NCBI GenBank assembly: GCA_035703635.1
Contig: DASSXV010000044.1
Location: forward strand, 54,056 to 118,055
Length of the DNA stretch: 64,000 nt
Source of the DNA: Trueperaceae bacterium
GTDB lineage: Bacteria > Deinococcota > Deinococci > Deinococcales > Trueperaceae
Direction: 5' to 3'
Made by a program: the position numbers and the translations under genes. The notes beneath the pieces are model-generated. The model did not search any database and was not told the origin of the DNA. It saw only the letters and a list, made by a program, of their open reading frames with translations. Of the stretch, positions 1-9,324 are shown in pieces. Positions within the stretch are counted from its first letter, which is position 1. Each line of letters starts with the position of its first letter.

Positions 1-2
1 CG

Positions 3-539
3 GCCATCTGGGTCGTGCGCGTGTTCGCGACGCTGTTCTACGGCCTGCGAGTAAGCGGCCTCGAGCACGTGCCTCAAGGCGTCGGGCTGGTGGTGGCGTG
101 CAACCACGAGAGCAGTTGGGACCCGCCCATCGTTGGCGTGTCCATCAACCGCAAGCTTGAGTTCATGGCCAAGAAGGAGCTCTTCCAGAAGCCGTTCTCG
201 CGCGCGATCATGCGCGGCCTGCGGGCGTTCCCCGTCGACCGTGAGGGCCAGGACATCGGCGCGATCAAGGAGGCGTTGCGGCGCCTGAAGGCCGGCAGGG
301 CCATCGGCATCTTCGTTCAAGGGACACGGAACTCAGGCGACGCCGGCGGGCTAGACGGTGCGGCCTACCTGGCGCAGCGCGCGGACGTGCCGCTGTTGCC
401 AGCAGCGATATGGCGTGAGGGACGCAGCTTCCGCGTGGCGTTCGGTCCGGCCATCGTGGCGCATGGCAAGACGCGCGACGACGCCAAGGCGCTCACCAGC
501 GAAGTCATGGTGGAGATACGGGCGCTGCTGCCACACTGA
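3..539 (+). CDS. plsC: 1-acyl-sn-glycerol-3-phosphate acyltransferase (probably 5'-truncated by the window edge)
   Basis: NHESSWDP (HX4D) motif, FMAKKELF, AFPVDR, IFVQGTR; reading frame is open to the window start. Confidence 0.85.
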   Translation, partial: AIWVVRVFATLFYGLRVSGLEHVPQGVGLVVACNHESSWDPPIVGVSINRKLEFMAKKELFQKPFSRAIMRGLRAFPVDREGQDIGAIKEALRRLKAGRAIGIFVQGTRNSGDAGGLDGAAYLAQRADVPLLPAAIWREGRSFRVAFGPAIVAHGKTRDDAKALTSEVMVEIRALLPH

Positions 540-607
540 TAGCAGTCAACCTGTGGACGGCCGGCTCGTGGGGAATCCTACAAAGCACGTGGCAGAGCGC
601 ATTTCCC

Positions 608-636
608 TTGTCACCCTCCGCTTCGTCTGCTACAGT
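608..636 (+). promoter_or_regulatory. sigma70-type promoter of HU-1
   Basis: TTGTCA (608-613), 17 bp, TACAGT (631-636); GGAGG SD precedes ATG 673. Confidence 0.6.
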
Positions 637-672
637 GCCTCCAAGTTAGAAACTTGCTCGGAGGAGGTCAGC

Positions 673-999
673 ATGGCGAAAGCCAAGGCAGCGCCTAAGT
701 CCACGCCCTCGAAGTCCAAGACGGTCTCGAAGGCCGACCTTATCAAGGCGGTAGCAGAGAGCGCAGCTACACCGAAGAACGACGTCAAGTCCGTTCTGGA
801 CCACATGCTTCAGCGGATCAGCACCCACCTAGACAAGGGCAAGAAAGTGCAGCTGACGGGCTTCGGCACCTTCGAAGTGCGTAGCCGCAAGGCCCGCACG
901 GGCGTCAGGCCCGGCACCACCGAGAAGATCAAGATCCCGGCGAGCAAGTACCCTGCGTTCAAGCCGGGCAAAGGTTTGAAGGACAAAGTCAAGAAGTAA
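673..999 (+). CDS. hup: HU family DNA-binding protein (paralogue 1, Lys-rich N-terminal extension)
   Basis: VQLTGFGTFEVRSRKARTGVRPGTTEKIKIPASKYPAFKPGK signature; GAGGAGG SD before ATG 673. Confidence 0.95.
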   Translation: MAKAKAAPKSTPSKSKTVSKADLIKAVAESAATPKNDVKSVLDHMLQRISTHLDKGKKVQLTGFGTFEVRSRKARTGVRPGTTEKIKIPASKYPAFKPGKGLKDKVKK

Positions 1000-1025
1000 G
1001 CGGTCAACAACTCAAGCAGCCTGCT

Positions 1026-1061
1026 CGCGGGGCGCCAGACTTGGCGCCCCGCGCTTTCTTC
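1026..1061 (+). terminator. Rho-independent terminator after HU-1
   Basis: 12-bp stem CGCGGGGCGCCA/TGGCGCCCCGCG, 4-nt loop, then CTTTCTT. Confidence 0.8.
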
Positions 1062-1129
1062 GCGCCGTTCGCCGTTAGCGTCAACCGGGCACGGCGCAGC
1101 TCGCTGGGCCCGAGTAAACTTGTGACCAG

Positions 1130-1831
1130 ATGTCATTACTTGACCAGATCGGTCCCGTCATGGTGGGTCCCTCGAGTTCGCACACCGCGGGCGCCTGCCG
1201 CCTCGCCCTGCTCGCGCGCCATGTGCTCGGCGCTCAGCCGCGCCAGGCGCGTTTCGTGCTGCACGGTTCGTTCGCCAAGACGGCGCAGGGTCACGGCACC
1301 GACCTCGCGTTGGTGGCTGGCCTGCTCGGTTATCTCCCAGACGACGAGCGCATTAGAGACTCCTTCACGCACGCCGCGGCGGCCGGGCTGGAGTTCGAGT
1401 TCGCAACGGCGGACTTGGGCGACATCCACCCGAACAGCGTGCGCATGGAGCTTAGCGGCGGCCCGGACGACGAGGGCGTATCGGTGCTCGGCTCGAGCCT
1501 TGGCGCCGGCTTCGTGAAGATCGTGCAAGTCAACGGCTTCGACGTTCAGGTTTCCGGCGCGTATCACACGATCCTCGCGCTGCATACTGACCGGCCTGGG
1601 GTCATCGCACGCGTTGCCAGCGTGGTGGCCGACGATGACGGCAACATAGCCACGGCGTTCTCCGCACGCCAACGCCGCGGCGGGCACGCCATGATGTCCG
1701 TCGAGATAGACCGCCCATTGGCGGAGTACGCCGTCACGTACTTGACGCAACTCCCGTACATCCACTGGCTCCGCACGCTGCCCGCCGTCATGGCCACGGA
1801 CCCAGCTCCACAGGGCGGTGAGGCGCAATGA
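1130..1831 (+). CDS. sdaAB: L-serine dehydratase, Fe-S-dependent, beta subunit (C-terminal ACT domain)
   Basis: [44 protein letters not shown]. Confidence 0.95.
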   Translation: MSLLDQIGPVMVGPSSSHTAGACRLALLARHVLGAQPRQARFVLHGSFAKTAQGHGTDLALVAGLLGYLPDDERIRDSFTHAAAAGLEFEFATADLGDIHPNSVRMELSGGPDDEGVSVLGSSLGAGFVKIVQVNGFDVQVSGAYHTILALHTDRPGVIARVASVVADDDGNIATAFSARQRRGGHAMMSVEIDRPLAEYAVTYLTQLPYIHWLRTLPAVMATDPAPQGGEAQ

Positions 1832-2670
1832 CTCTCGCAGACATCATGCAGTACTCGGGTAAGGCGTCGGAGTTCGTGCTGGACGACGACCTGGGCAACG
1901 ACGCGGTTGCTCGCGAGCACTTGCTCGCGACCATGCTGAGCCGCATAGGCGAGATGCGCGACTCCATCCGCCGCGGCCTGGCCACCAAGGCGGCTAGCCG
2001 CACGGGCATGGTCGGCTGGAACGCCAAAACTCTCCTTGACGCCCCCGATGTGCTTGGTGCGCCGCTGCTGAAGCGCGTGCAGGAGTACGCCATGGCCGTC
2101 AACGAGGAGAACGCCCGCATGGGGCGCATCGTGGCAGCCCCAACGGCTGGCAGTGCAGGCACCGTGCCAGGCGCCCTGCTCGGCGTCGCAGACCACCTTG
2201 GCCTGCCAGACGAGGACCTCGTCATGCCGCTCGTGCTTGCGGCTGGCATCGGGCAGGTCATCAGCAAGAGCATGTTCATCGCTGGTTCGACGGGCGGCTG
2301 CCAGGCGGAGATCGGTTCGAGCGCGGCCATGGCCGCAGCCGCCGTGACGGAGTTGCTGGGTGGCAGCGCCAACGCTAGCGTGCACGCCGCCGCGCAGGCG
2401 CTTATGAACACCATCGGACTGGTATGCGACCCTGTCGGCGGCTACGTCGAGGTGCCGTGCGTGTCGCGTAACGCGTTCTACGCCGTGCACGCGGTGGCCG
2501 CAGCGCAGTTGGCGTTGGCTGGCGTCGAGTCTGTCATCCCCCCTGACGAGGTCGTGTACGCCATGGCGGCGGTCGGCCGCATGCTGCCTCCCGAGTTACG
2601 GGAGACGGGGGAGGGCGGCCTGGCCGACACTCCAACTGGTCGGCGCATCGCCCTCAAGATGGCGCGCTAA
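1828..2670 (+). CDS. sdaAA: L-serine dehydratase, Fe-S-dependent, alpha subunit
   Basis: [57 protein letters not shown] overlap with sdaAB. Confidence 0.95.
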   Translation: MTLADIMQYSGKASEFVLDDDLGNDAVAREHLLATMLSRIGEMRDSIRRGLATKAASRTGMVGWNAKTLLDAPDVLGAPLLKRVQEYAMAVNEENARMGRIVAAPTAGSAGTVPGALLGVADHLGLPDEDLVMPLVLAAGIGQVISKSMFIAGSTGGCQAEIGSSAAMAAAAVTELLGGSANASVHAAAQALMNTIGLVCDPVGGYVEVPCVSRNAFYAVHAVAAAQLALAGVESVIPPDEVVYAMAAVGRMLPPELRETGEGGLADTPTGRRIALKMAR

Positions 2671-2719
2671 TACCGGTCGAACGCTGCGTAGCCGCGGGCA
2701 CGGTAATCCGCCACGGCGC

Positions 2720-2737
2720 TTGTACAATGTTTCACGA
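2720..2737 (+). promoter_or_regulatory. Rex-like operator overlapping the -10 (TACAAT 2723-2728) of ndh
   Basis: TTGTACA-ATGT-TTCACGA matches 11/14 of the Rex consensus TTGTGAA-N4-TTCACAA; lies upstream of a type II NADH dehydrogenase. Confidence 0.55.
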
Positions 2738-2812
2738 GGGGCTTTTGTCCCGCTCCAAGGTTACTTGCCTGAGCGGCCAGACCTACCGCGGCCCCCGTGA
2801 AAGGGGGCGGCC

Positions 2813-4177
2813 ATGGCCTCCCGCCCACGAGTAGTGATCATCGGCGCCGGTTTCGGTGGCCTGCACGCAGCCAAGCAGCTCGCCAACGCACCAGTCGACG
2901 TGCTCATGCTCGACCGCAACAACTTCCACACCTTCCAGCCGCTCCTCTACCAGGTCGCAACGGCCGCGCTGGACAACACCGACGTGGCATATCAGGTGAG
3001 GGGCATCTTCCACCACCAGAAGAACTTCCGCTTCAGGCAGGCGGAGGTCATCGGCTTCGACCACGCCGCACGCGAAGTACTGCTCAAGGGCGGCGACAAG
3101 GTGGAGTACGACTACCTCGTGCTGGCCGCAGGGGCCGTGTATCACGACTTCGGCACCCCTGGCGTTCGTGAGAACGCCTTCGTGCTCAAGAGCCTCGAGC
3201 GGGCCGGCGTGATGCGCTCACACATCCTCAAGCGCTTCGAGGCCGCGGCTAGTGACCATGCGCTGGTCGAGAAGGGCGCCCTCACCGTCGTGATCGTCGG
3301 TGCGGGCCCGACCGGGGTGGAGATGGCTGGGGCCCTCGTAGAACTCTTCGACCGCGTGCTTGGACGCGACTACCCCGAGCTAGACATGCGCCTCGCGCGC
3401 GTCGTGGTCGTCGAGGCGGGCAACGCGGTGCTAGCGCCGTTCAAGCCCCGGTCGCAACAGTACGCCGAGCGCGTGCTGCGGCGGCGCGGAGTAGACGTGC
3501 GCTTAGGTTCCACGGTGGCTGAGGTCCGCGGCGACGCCGTCGTGCTGCGCTCCGGGGAGGTCATCCCCACTCAGACGGTGGTGTGGGCCGCCGGGGTGCG
3601 CGGCCACCCGGTAGCCGAGGCCCTCGCGAACGACGTTGGCGACGCCATGGAGCGCGGCTGGCGCATAAAGGTGGAGCCAGACCTAAGCTTGCCTGACCAC
3701 CCTGAGATCTTCGCCATCGGCGACGTGGCGGGGGCGTTCGGCGCGAACGGGAAGCTATTACCCCAACTAGCGCAGGTGGCCATCCAGGGCGGCAAGCACG
3801 TGGCCCGCAGCATCATCCGGCGCCTGCAGCAACGCCCCACCGCGCCGTTCAAGTACCGCGACCTCGGGAGCATGGCGATCGTCGGTCGCAACGCTGGCGT
3901 CGCCGAGTTGTCGCCTGCGCTCCTTGGACTGGAACTGCGCGGCTTCCTCGGCTGGTTAGGCTGGTTGCTCCTCCACCTCATCTACCTACCGAGCTTCAGG
4001 AACCGCTTCTCCGCGCTGTTCACGTGGGCGTACGAGTACCTGACTTTCGACAGGCACGCACGCCTCATCCTCACTCCGCGCCCGGACACCTGGAGCGCGG
4101 AGCCCATACCAACACCGGCTTCAAGAAGCGGCGAGGTGGCGCCGGACGGTGAAGCGCTCGACGAGGTCCTCACGTAG
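2813..4177 (+). CDS. ndh: type II NADH:quinone oxidoreductase
   Basis: GAGFGG, FQPLLYQVAT, GAGPTGVEMAG, IFAIGD, AQVAIQGG, FKYRDLGSMA, WLLLHLIYL. Confidence 0.9.
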   Translation: MASRPRVVIIGAGFGGLHAAKQLANAPVDVLMLDRNNFHTFQPLLYQVATAALDNTDVAYQVRGIFHHQKNFRFRQAEVIGFDHAAREVLLKGGDKVEYDYLVLAAGAVYHDFGTPGVRENAFVLKSLERAGVMRSHILKRFEAAASDHALVEKGALTVVIVGAGPTGVEMAGALVELFDRVLGRDYPELDMRLARVVVVEAGNAVLAPFKPRSQQYAERVLRRRGVDVRLGSTVAEVRGDAVVLRSGEVIPTQTVVWAAGVRGHPVAEALANDVGDAMERGWRIKVEPDLSLPDHPEIFAIGDVAGAFGANGKLLPQLAQVAIQGGKHVARSIIRRLQQRPTAPFKYRDLGSMAIVGRNAGVAELSPALLGLELRGFLGWLGWLLLHLIYLPSFRNRFSALFTWAYEYLTFDRHARLILTPRPDTWSAEPIPTPASRSGEVAPDGEALDEVLT

Positions 4178-5233
4178 GGTCACGCCGAGACCGGGCCCAG
4201 TTGTCGGAAGTCGCTGCACGCCAGCCACGGCGTCGAGGCGCTCCTCGATGACGTCCTCATCGCCCCAGTAACGGCTCGCGCTGGAGGTATCGCCAGGCAG
4301 GGTGTAGTTCTCGAGGGTGCTCATGTGGAGGTTATGGGCGCGGCCGACGCCTAGCTCGAGCATGCCGCCACACCACACGGGCGCGCCGAAGGCCAAGGCC
4401 ACGTCGTGGACGCGCCGCGCCTCCAGGTGACCCCGCACGCGGCCGAGCTTGACGTTGATGACCCTGCCAGAGTCGAGCGCCAGGCCCTTGCGAGCGTCGG
4501 CGGCGGAGTGTACAGACTCGTCTAGACAGATGGGTGTGAGGAGGAGCGACTGCAGCTTGGCGTGGTCAACCAGGTCGTCGTGCGCTAGGGGTTGCTCGAT
4601 GTAGTCGAGTCCCAACTCGTCTAGCTCGTGGAACACGCGCGCGTCCGTCAGGCGGTAGGCGCTATTGGCGTCGACCGTTAGGGCAGTGTCCGGCAGCGCG
4701 GCGCGAACGGCGCGCAGGGGTACTACGTCCCAACCGGGCTTGATCTTGAACTTCAGGCGCTTGTAGCCCTCGGCGACATGCCGTTCGGCCTCGGCGACGG
4801 TGGCTTGGGCCGAAGGCTGGATGCCTAGCGAGGCGCCAACGGCGATGCTCTCGCGCACCCCGCCGAGAAGCTGCCAGAGCGGCACACCGGCGGCCTTCGC
4901 TTGCAAGTCCCAGAACGCCATCTCGAGGGCGGCAACGGCCATGTTGTGGCCCCTAATGCCGCTGACGGCGTGTAACAACTGCGCGGGGGTGCTGAACTCC
5001 TTGCCGACGACGCGCGGCAAGATGAACTCCTCTAGGGCCGTCCAGGCGACAGAGGCGGTTTCGTAACTGTATCCGGGCACTCGGTTGGCCGTCACTTCGC
5101 CGTAACCGACCAAACCGCCCGAGCGCAGTACCAACAACACCTTGTGCAGGTCGCGCTCGACCCCGAAACTCGTCTCGAACCGGAACTTAAGGTCGACTGC
5201 GAGCTCTCGCAGCTCGACGCTCTCGATCTTCAT
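4121..5233 (-). CDS. menC: o-succinylbenzoate synthase / N-succinylamino acid racemase (enolase superfamily)
   Basis: FETSFG, KxK motif (KFKIKPGWD), VDANSAY, IEQP, LDES, WCGGMLE, PGDTSSASRY. Confidence 0.85.
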   Translation of the reverse strand: MKIESVELRELAVDLKFRFETSFGVERDLHKVLLVLRSGGLVGYGEVTANRVPGYSYETASVAWTALEEFILPRVVGKEFSTPAQLLHAVSGIRGHNMAVAALEMAFWDLQAKAAGVPLWQLLGGVRESIAVGASLGIQPSAQATVAEAERHVAEGYKRLKFKIKPGWDVVPLRAVRAALPDTALTVDANSAYRLTDARVFHELDELGLDYIEQPLAHDDLVDHAKLQSLLLTPICLDESVHSAADARKGLALDSGRVINVKLGRVRGHLEARRVHDVALAFGAPVWCGGMLELGVGRAHNLHMSTLENYTLPGDTSSASRYWGDEDVIEERLDAVAGVQRLPTTGPGLGVTLREDLVERFTVRRHLAAS

Positions 5234-5290
5234 GGGCAGGCCTCCGTTCGCCCAGCATAAGGCGGAACGGCCGCTCGAAGCTCATAGACC

Positions 5291-6286
5291 TCAGAACTCG
5301 TCAGGGAAGCGCATTTCCTCGCGCGACTTGGGTGGAGGCTGCTTGGGCGGTTGACGAGTAGCCCCGTTCCTCGCCCCTCCACTACTCCCCACCTCGGCTT
5401 CGGCCGCTGAGCCGGGCGGTTGGCGCCGCAACCAGCGCTCCCCCATCGCACTCGTCACGGCCGCGTCAGACGCCTCCGCGGCAGCGTGGCTGCGCTGCAT
5501 GCGCGACACGCGGTACTCCTCGACTTGCCGCTTCAGGCTGTCCGCCCGCTCCAGCGCGGCGCGCGCCAACTCCTTGCGCTTCTCGCGGCGCCTGGCGGCA
5601 AGGAACGCCTGGCGTTCGCCTACCTTGCGCGCTTGCGATGCGAGGCGCGCGACGCGCTCCGTCCGGCTCTTCAACGCCTTGACGCGGTAACTCTGCTCCC
5701 ACGGCTCCCACTCGAGGGGCGCGACTAGGCGGAACGTCTTGCCCTTCAGGCGGTTGCTGTAAAGGTAAAGCTCTAGCACACCTGCCTCGCCTGCCAGGTC
5801 GCCGAGCTCCGCCGTAACGTCGACGGCCCCGTTCGGTGGCACGACGGCGCCAGCCTCCGCCACGATCGGCAACTTGCCGCCGCGCGCGTGCACCGCCAGC
5901 TCGATGAGCTGCACCGGGTAAGGGTTCAAGTTCGAAAGGGCGAGCTTGAGGTGGTGAGGAACCCGCGGCGGCGTTACCGTTGTGGTGGCGCCAAGGGCGC
6001 CGGGAAAGGCGTAAACGCGGTCAACGCTCTCTTCAGGCCCGACCCGAATCTCGCCGTGCGAGATCATCATCTCCGGCAGCCCGCCGGTGCGCCCCCTCCG
6101 CCGCCTCTTGAACAACGGGATGGCGAGGATCACGACGAGCGCGAACGCCAGCCATGTCAACGTCGTCCACTGCCGCGGGTCGAGAACGAGACCTTGCAAG
6201 CCGCCAAGTACGCCAGTCAGCCACACCGCGAAGGCGGCGAATGTATCGGCCACGGCGTTCCAAGCTATCTCCAAAAAGCGCAACAT
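5291..6286 (-). CDS. hypothetical membrane-anchored protein with C-terminal coiled coil
   Basis: long ORF; ATG at 6286; hydrophobic N-terminal segments then KRRRRGR; Arg/Glu-rich helical C-terminus. Confidence 0.65.
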   Translation of the reverse strand: MLRFLEIAWNAVADTFAAFAVWLTGVLGGLQGLVLDPRQWTTLTWLAFALVVILAIPLFKRRRRGRTGGLPEMMISHGEIRVGPEESVDRVYAFPGALGATTTVTPPRVPHHLKLALSNLNPYPVQLIELAVHARGGKLPIVAEAGAVVPPNGAVDVTAELGDLAGEAGVLELYLYSNRLKGKTFRLVAPLEWEPWEQSYRVKALKSRTERVARLASQARKVGERQAFLAARRREKRKELARAALERADSLKRQVEEYRVSRMQRSHAAAEASDAAVTSAMGERWLRRQPPGSAAEAEVGSSGGARNGATRQPPKQPPPKSREEMRFPDEF

Positions 6287-6391
6287 CCACCTACATTCTG
6301 ACCCTAGTCTTCTAAACTTGGAGTCTAGCGGCGAACATCGTGAGAACCTTGCGCGGCCCGCCACCCGCGCTCGCGGCGGTAGCATCTCACC

Positions 6392-7111
6392 GTGGGCCCG
6401 CAGCAGGTAAGCACTATCGTCACGGCGGACGGTTCCCGCACTCTCGTGAACGCGCGCGGCGAGGGCTACAAGTCGCGCCACGGCGCCCTTGCGGAAGCGC
6501 GCGCCGTCTACCTCGAGGGGAGCGGCGCCGCCGCGCGCCTAGCCGTCGGGCGGCCGCTGAGCGTGCTGGAGGTCGGTTTCGGGGCGGGCCTCAACTTTCT
6601 CGCCACCGCCGCCGCGGCCGAGGCCGGCACCGCCGCGCTCGATTACCGTGCGCTCGAGCTGGCTCCTCCCCAGGCCGAGACCCTCGCCGCGCTGGGTTAT
6701 GCGGAGCTGCTCGCCCCCTCGCCAGTGCCTGCCGCGCTCGTAGCTTGGCGCGCGAGTTTCGGCGAGACCATGGCGAGTGGGTGGCACGAGTTCGCGCACG
6801 GCAAGGTGACCCTGAAGCTGTTCGTCGGCGACGCCCTCGGCACTACTTGGGGCGAGGATGACACTTGGCGCGTAGACGCCGTCTACCACGATGCCTTCAG
6901 CCCAGCCGAGCTGCCAGAACTGTGGACCGAGGCGTTCCTATCGCGCTTAGCCGCTCGCCTTACGCCGGGCGGCGCCATCGTGAGCTTCAGCGTGGCGGGA
7001 CCCGTCAGGCGCGCACTAGCGGCAGTCGGCTTGAAGGTCAAGAAAGTAGCGGGGCCGCCAGGAGGCAAGCGTGAAGTGCTAGTAGCCAGCATGCCCGTCC
7101 CCACCCCATGA
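6392..7111 (+). CDS. mnmD: tRNA mnm5s2U34 methyltransferase (MnmC N-terminal / MnmD-like)
   Basis: TADGSRTL, YKSRHGALAEARAVYL, VLEVGFGAGLNFL, DAVYHDAFSPAELPELW, GPPGGKRE. Confidence 0.85.
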   Translation: MGPQQVSTIVTADGSRTLVNARGEGYKSRHGALAEARAVYLEGSGAAARLAVGRPLSVLEVGFGAGLNFLATAAAAEAGTAALDYRALELAPPQAETLAALGYAELLAPSPVPAALVAWRASFGETMASGWHEFAHGKVTLKLFVGDALGTTWGEDDTWRVDAVYHDAFSPAELPELWTEAFLSRLAARLTPGGAIVSFSVAGPVRRALAAVGLKVKKVAGPPGGKREVLVASMPVPTP

Positions 7112-8136
7112 CCGCCGCGACAACGGCACTCCACGACGTGATCGTGGTCGGCGGCGGCGTCGCGGGAGCCACCCTCAACCTCATGACCGCCCGCGCCGGC
7201 CTCGATACGCTGCTCCTCGACGAGGGCTTGACCCATGCCAGCGGCGCGTCCAGCGTTCCTGCCGCGCTTCTCAACGCGCACCGTGGCCGTAGCGGGCGCG
7301 CCTCCGCCGCGGACCTAGCCGGCCTTGCCGACTTCTGGGACCTCACCAGGGGCTTGGAGGCGCTGGGCTTCGCCACCGGAGCGTTCACGAGCGGCGTGAT
7401 CCGCATCGCGGACAACCCCAAGCAAGCGCGGGCCTGGCAACGCGTTGCCGCAGGGACCTGGCTCGAACCTAACGACGTGCCTGCCGCCTACCACGCACCG
7501 TTCGGGGCGCTACTGCTGGCCACGGGAGGTTGGGTGGCGCCAAGCAAGTTGCTAGCTGCCCTCGAGGCCGCAGCTAAGGGCTACGGAGGTGCAACGCGGC
7601 GAGGCGTGCGTGTCGACTCTCTCGTCGAGGAAGCCAGCTTCGTGACCGTGGCTACGAGCGCGGGCCAACTGCGTGCGCGGCGCGTAGTCCTCTGCCTCGG
7701 TGCGGCGCGACCGCCGCACATCAGGCTGCCGCAACTCGAGACCATCTGGGGCGAGGCGCTCGTGCTGACAGGCGCCGTGACCGCGCCCTACCCCGTAGCC
7801 GGGGCTGTCGTGGCCGCCTTCGAACATGGCACCGTCTACGTGAGTGGCGGCCACTCGAGCAGCGAGCCGCCAGAGCGCCAGGGCGCCGCCGCGCTGGGCG
7901 GCAACCGTCACCCCCTCCAACGCGCGTTGGCCTGGCAGGTGCCGGCGGTTGACGACGCCACCGCCTTCCGTCACTGGCAGGGCGCGCGGGCGAAGCGCCG
8001 GTCAGGTGAACCTGTCGCTCGGCGGCTTACGAAAGGGACTTACTACTTCGGGGCGTTAGGCGGCAGGGGTTTCCTGCGCGCAGCAACCCTTGCCACGGCG
8101 TTGGCTGCCCGCCTGCACGAAGAGTTGACGCGCTGA
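7108..8136 (+). CDS. FAD-dependent oxidoreductase (DAO family; probable MnmC C-terminal equivalent)
   Basis: DVIVVGGGVAG, ASGASSVPAALL, GALGGRGFL; ATGA overlap with mnmD. Confidence 0.75.
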   Translation: MTAATTALHDVIVVGGGVAGATLNLMTARAGLDTLLLDEGLTHASGASSVPAALLNAHRGRSGRASAADLAGLADFWDLTRGLEALGFATGAFTSGVIRIADNPKQARAWQRVAAGTWLEPNDVPAAYHAPFGALLLATGGWVAPSKLLAALEAAAKGYGGATRRGVRVDSLVEEASFVTVATSAGQLRARRVVLCLGAARPPHIRLPQLETIWGEALVLTGAVTAPYPVAGAVVAAFEHGTVYVSGGHSSSEPPERQGAAALGGNRHPLQRALAWQVPAVDDATAFRHWQGARAKRRSGEPVARRLTKGTYYFGALGGRGFLRAATLATALAARLHEELTR

Positions 8137-8137
8137 C

Positions 8138-8527
8138 TCAGGCGACAGCGACTTCGAACAGTTCGTCCGCGAGGCGGAAGAGCATCTCCTTCGTGAAGCG
8201 CCGCGGTCCCTCGGCCAAGCCACTGCCGTCTTTGGCGAGCGTTAGCTTGCGGTAGACGTGCGACTCGAACGGGTGCAGCACGACTTCCTTGAAGACGGAC
8301 GCGCGCTGGCTGGCGGTAACGACGAGCACGGGATCGTCCGCCTGGCTCGAGAGGCTGGCCGTCATGACTGTGGTTGGCAGGTCGTACGGGCGCGCCATGC
8401 GGTAGATGTAGTCGGTGAAGTCGGCCTGCTTCACGAACCTGACGCCCTCATTCTGGGCGGCGTACTCTCGCAACCACTCGAGAAGTTCGGCCCACGCCTG
8501 GTAGAACGCCTTGTCGCTCTCGGTCAT
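8138..8527 (-). CDS. nqo15: NADH-quinone oxidoreductase subunit 15 (frataxin-like fold)
   Basis: YQAWAELLEWLREYA...GVRFVKQADFTDYIYRMARPYDLPTTVMTASLS closely resembles Thermus Nqo15 as I recall it. Confidence 0.88.
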   Translation of the reverse strand: MTESDKAFYQAWAELLEWLREYAAQNEGVRFVKQADFTDYIYRMARPYDLPTTVMTASLSSQADDPVLVVTASQRASVFKEVVLHPFESHVYRKLTLAKDGSGLAEGPRRFTKEMLFRLADELFEVAVA

Positions 8528-9201
8528 GAGGACATTGTACTCGGCTGCGCTAGCAGGCGGCCGACCTCGGCGAGGTCACGCGCTTGCGATGCGCCCCGTG
8601 GCAATGGGCCGTCTAGCCTGCCGACGTGAATGGCGCCCAAGCCGTACTCGAGCGCGCCCGCCATGTCCGCGTCTAGGTCGTCACCCACCATGACGACGTC
8701 CTCCGGCACGACCTCGAGCGCAGTGCATGCTAGGGAGAACATGCGCGGCGCCGGCTTGCGCGCCGCAACGTCGCGGTCGCCAGACACTAGTACAGCCCGG
8801 AAGTGGCCCGCTAGACCAAGCGCTTCGAGAGCGGCCCGTTGCATGTCGTCTGGACCGTTGGTCAGAAGCGCGAGCTTCACCCCACTGGCGTCGAGTCGTG
8901 CCAGCAGCTCGGCCGCGCCAGGCAGCGGCCGGTAATCGGCCGCGTACGCCGCCACGGCGCCGCTAGCGAGGTCGGCTAGGTCGCTCGGAGGGCGTTGCTG
9001 CAGGCGCTCGAGCACGCGCCGCAGCACGAGTTCGAACGTCAGGTGGCCATCTTGTTCCAACTCGGTCGACACGAGCCGCGTGAAAGCGTTCATGTCGCAC
9101 TGATGGAGGCCAAGCTCGTTGCGCACTAGCGCTACGAAGGCGGAGAAGTCGGAGGCGTAGCGCCCCAACGTGTCGTCAAGGTCGAAACAGACCGCTTTCA
9201 T
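8524..9201 (-). CDS. HAD-superfamily hydrolase (YjjG/PynA-like)
   Basis: FDLDDTL, LLTNG, KP, MVGDDLDADMAGA. Confidence 0.88.
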   Translation of the reverse strand: MKAVCFDLDDTLGRYASDFSAFVALVRNELGLHQCDMNAFTRLVSTELEQDGHLTFELVLRRVLERLQQRPPSDLADLASGAVAAYAADYRPLPGAAELLARLDASGVKLALLTNGPDDMQRAALEALGLAGHFRAVLVSGDRDVAARKPAPRMFSLACTALEVVPEDVVMVGDDLDADMAGALEYGLGAIHVGRLDGPLPRGASQARDLAEVGRLLAQPSTMSS

Positions 9202-9324
9202 GGTTCTTTCAGCCTACACCCAGACCGGCGCGCCGCGGCGCCTAGTGCGGCGGTATTGCCCATCCTGACGCAACGTCTCTCCCCGAGAGGACCGCCGTGC
9301 GAGCCTAGGTTATGCTCCGAACTC

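Noticed and set aside
358..672. N-terminal extension of HU-1 in the ORF track
   Set aside because: Promoter and SD place the start at ATG 673; the extension overlaps plsC
8138..8527. nqo15 lying outside the complex I operon as a novelty
   Set aside because: Already known for Thermus
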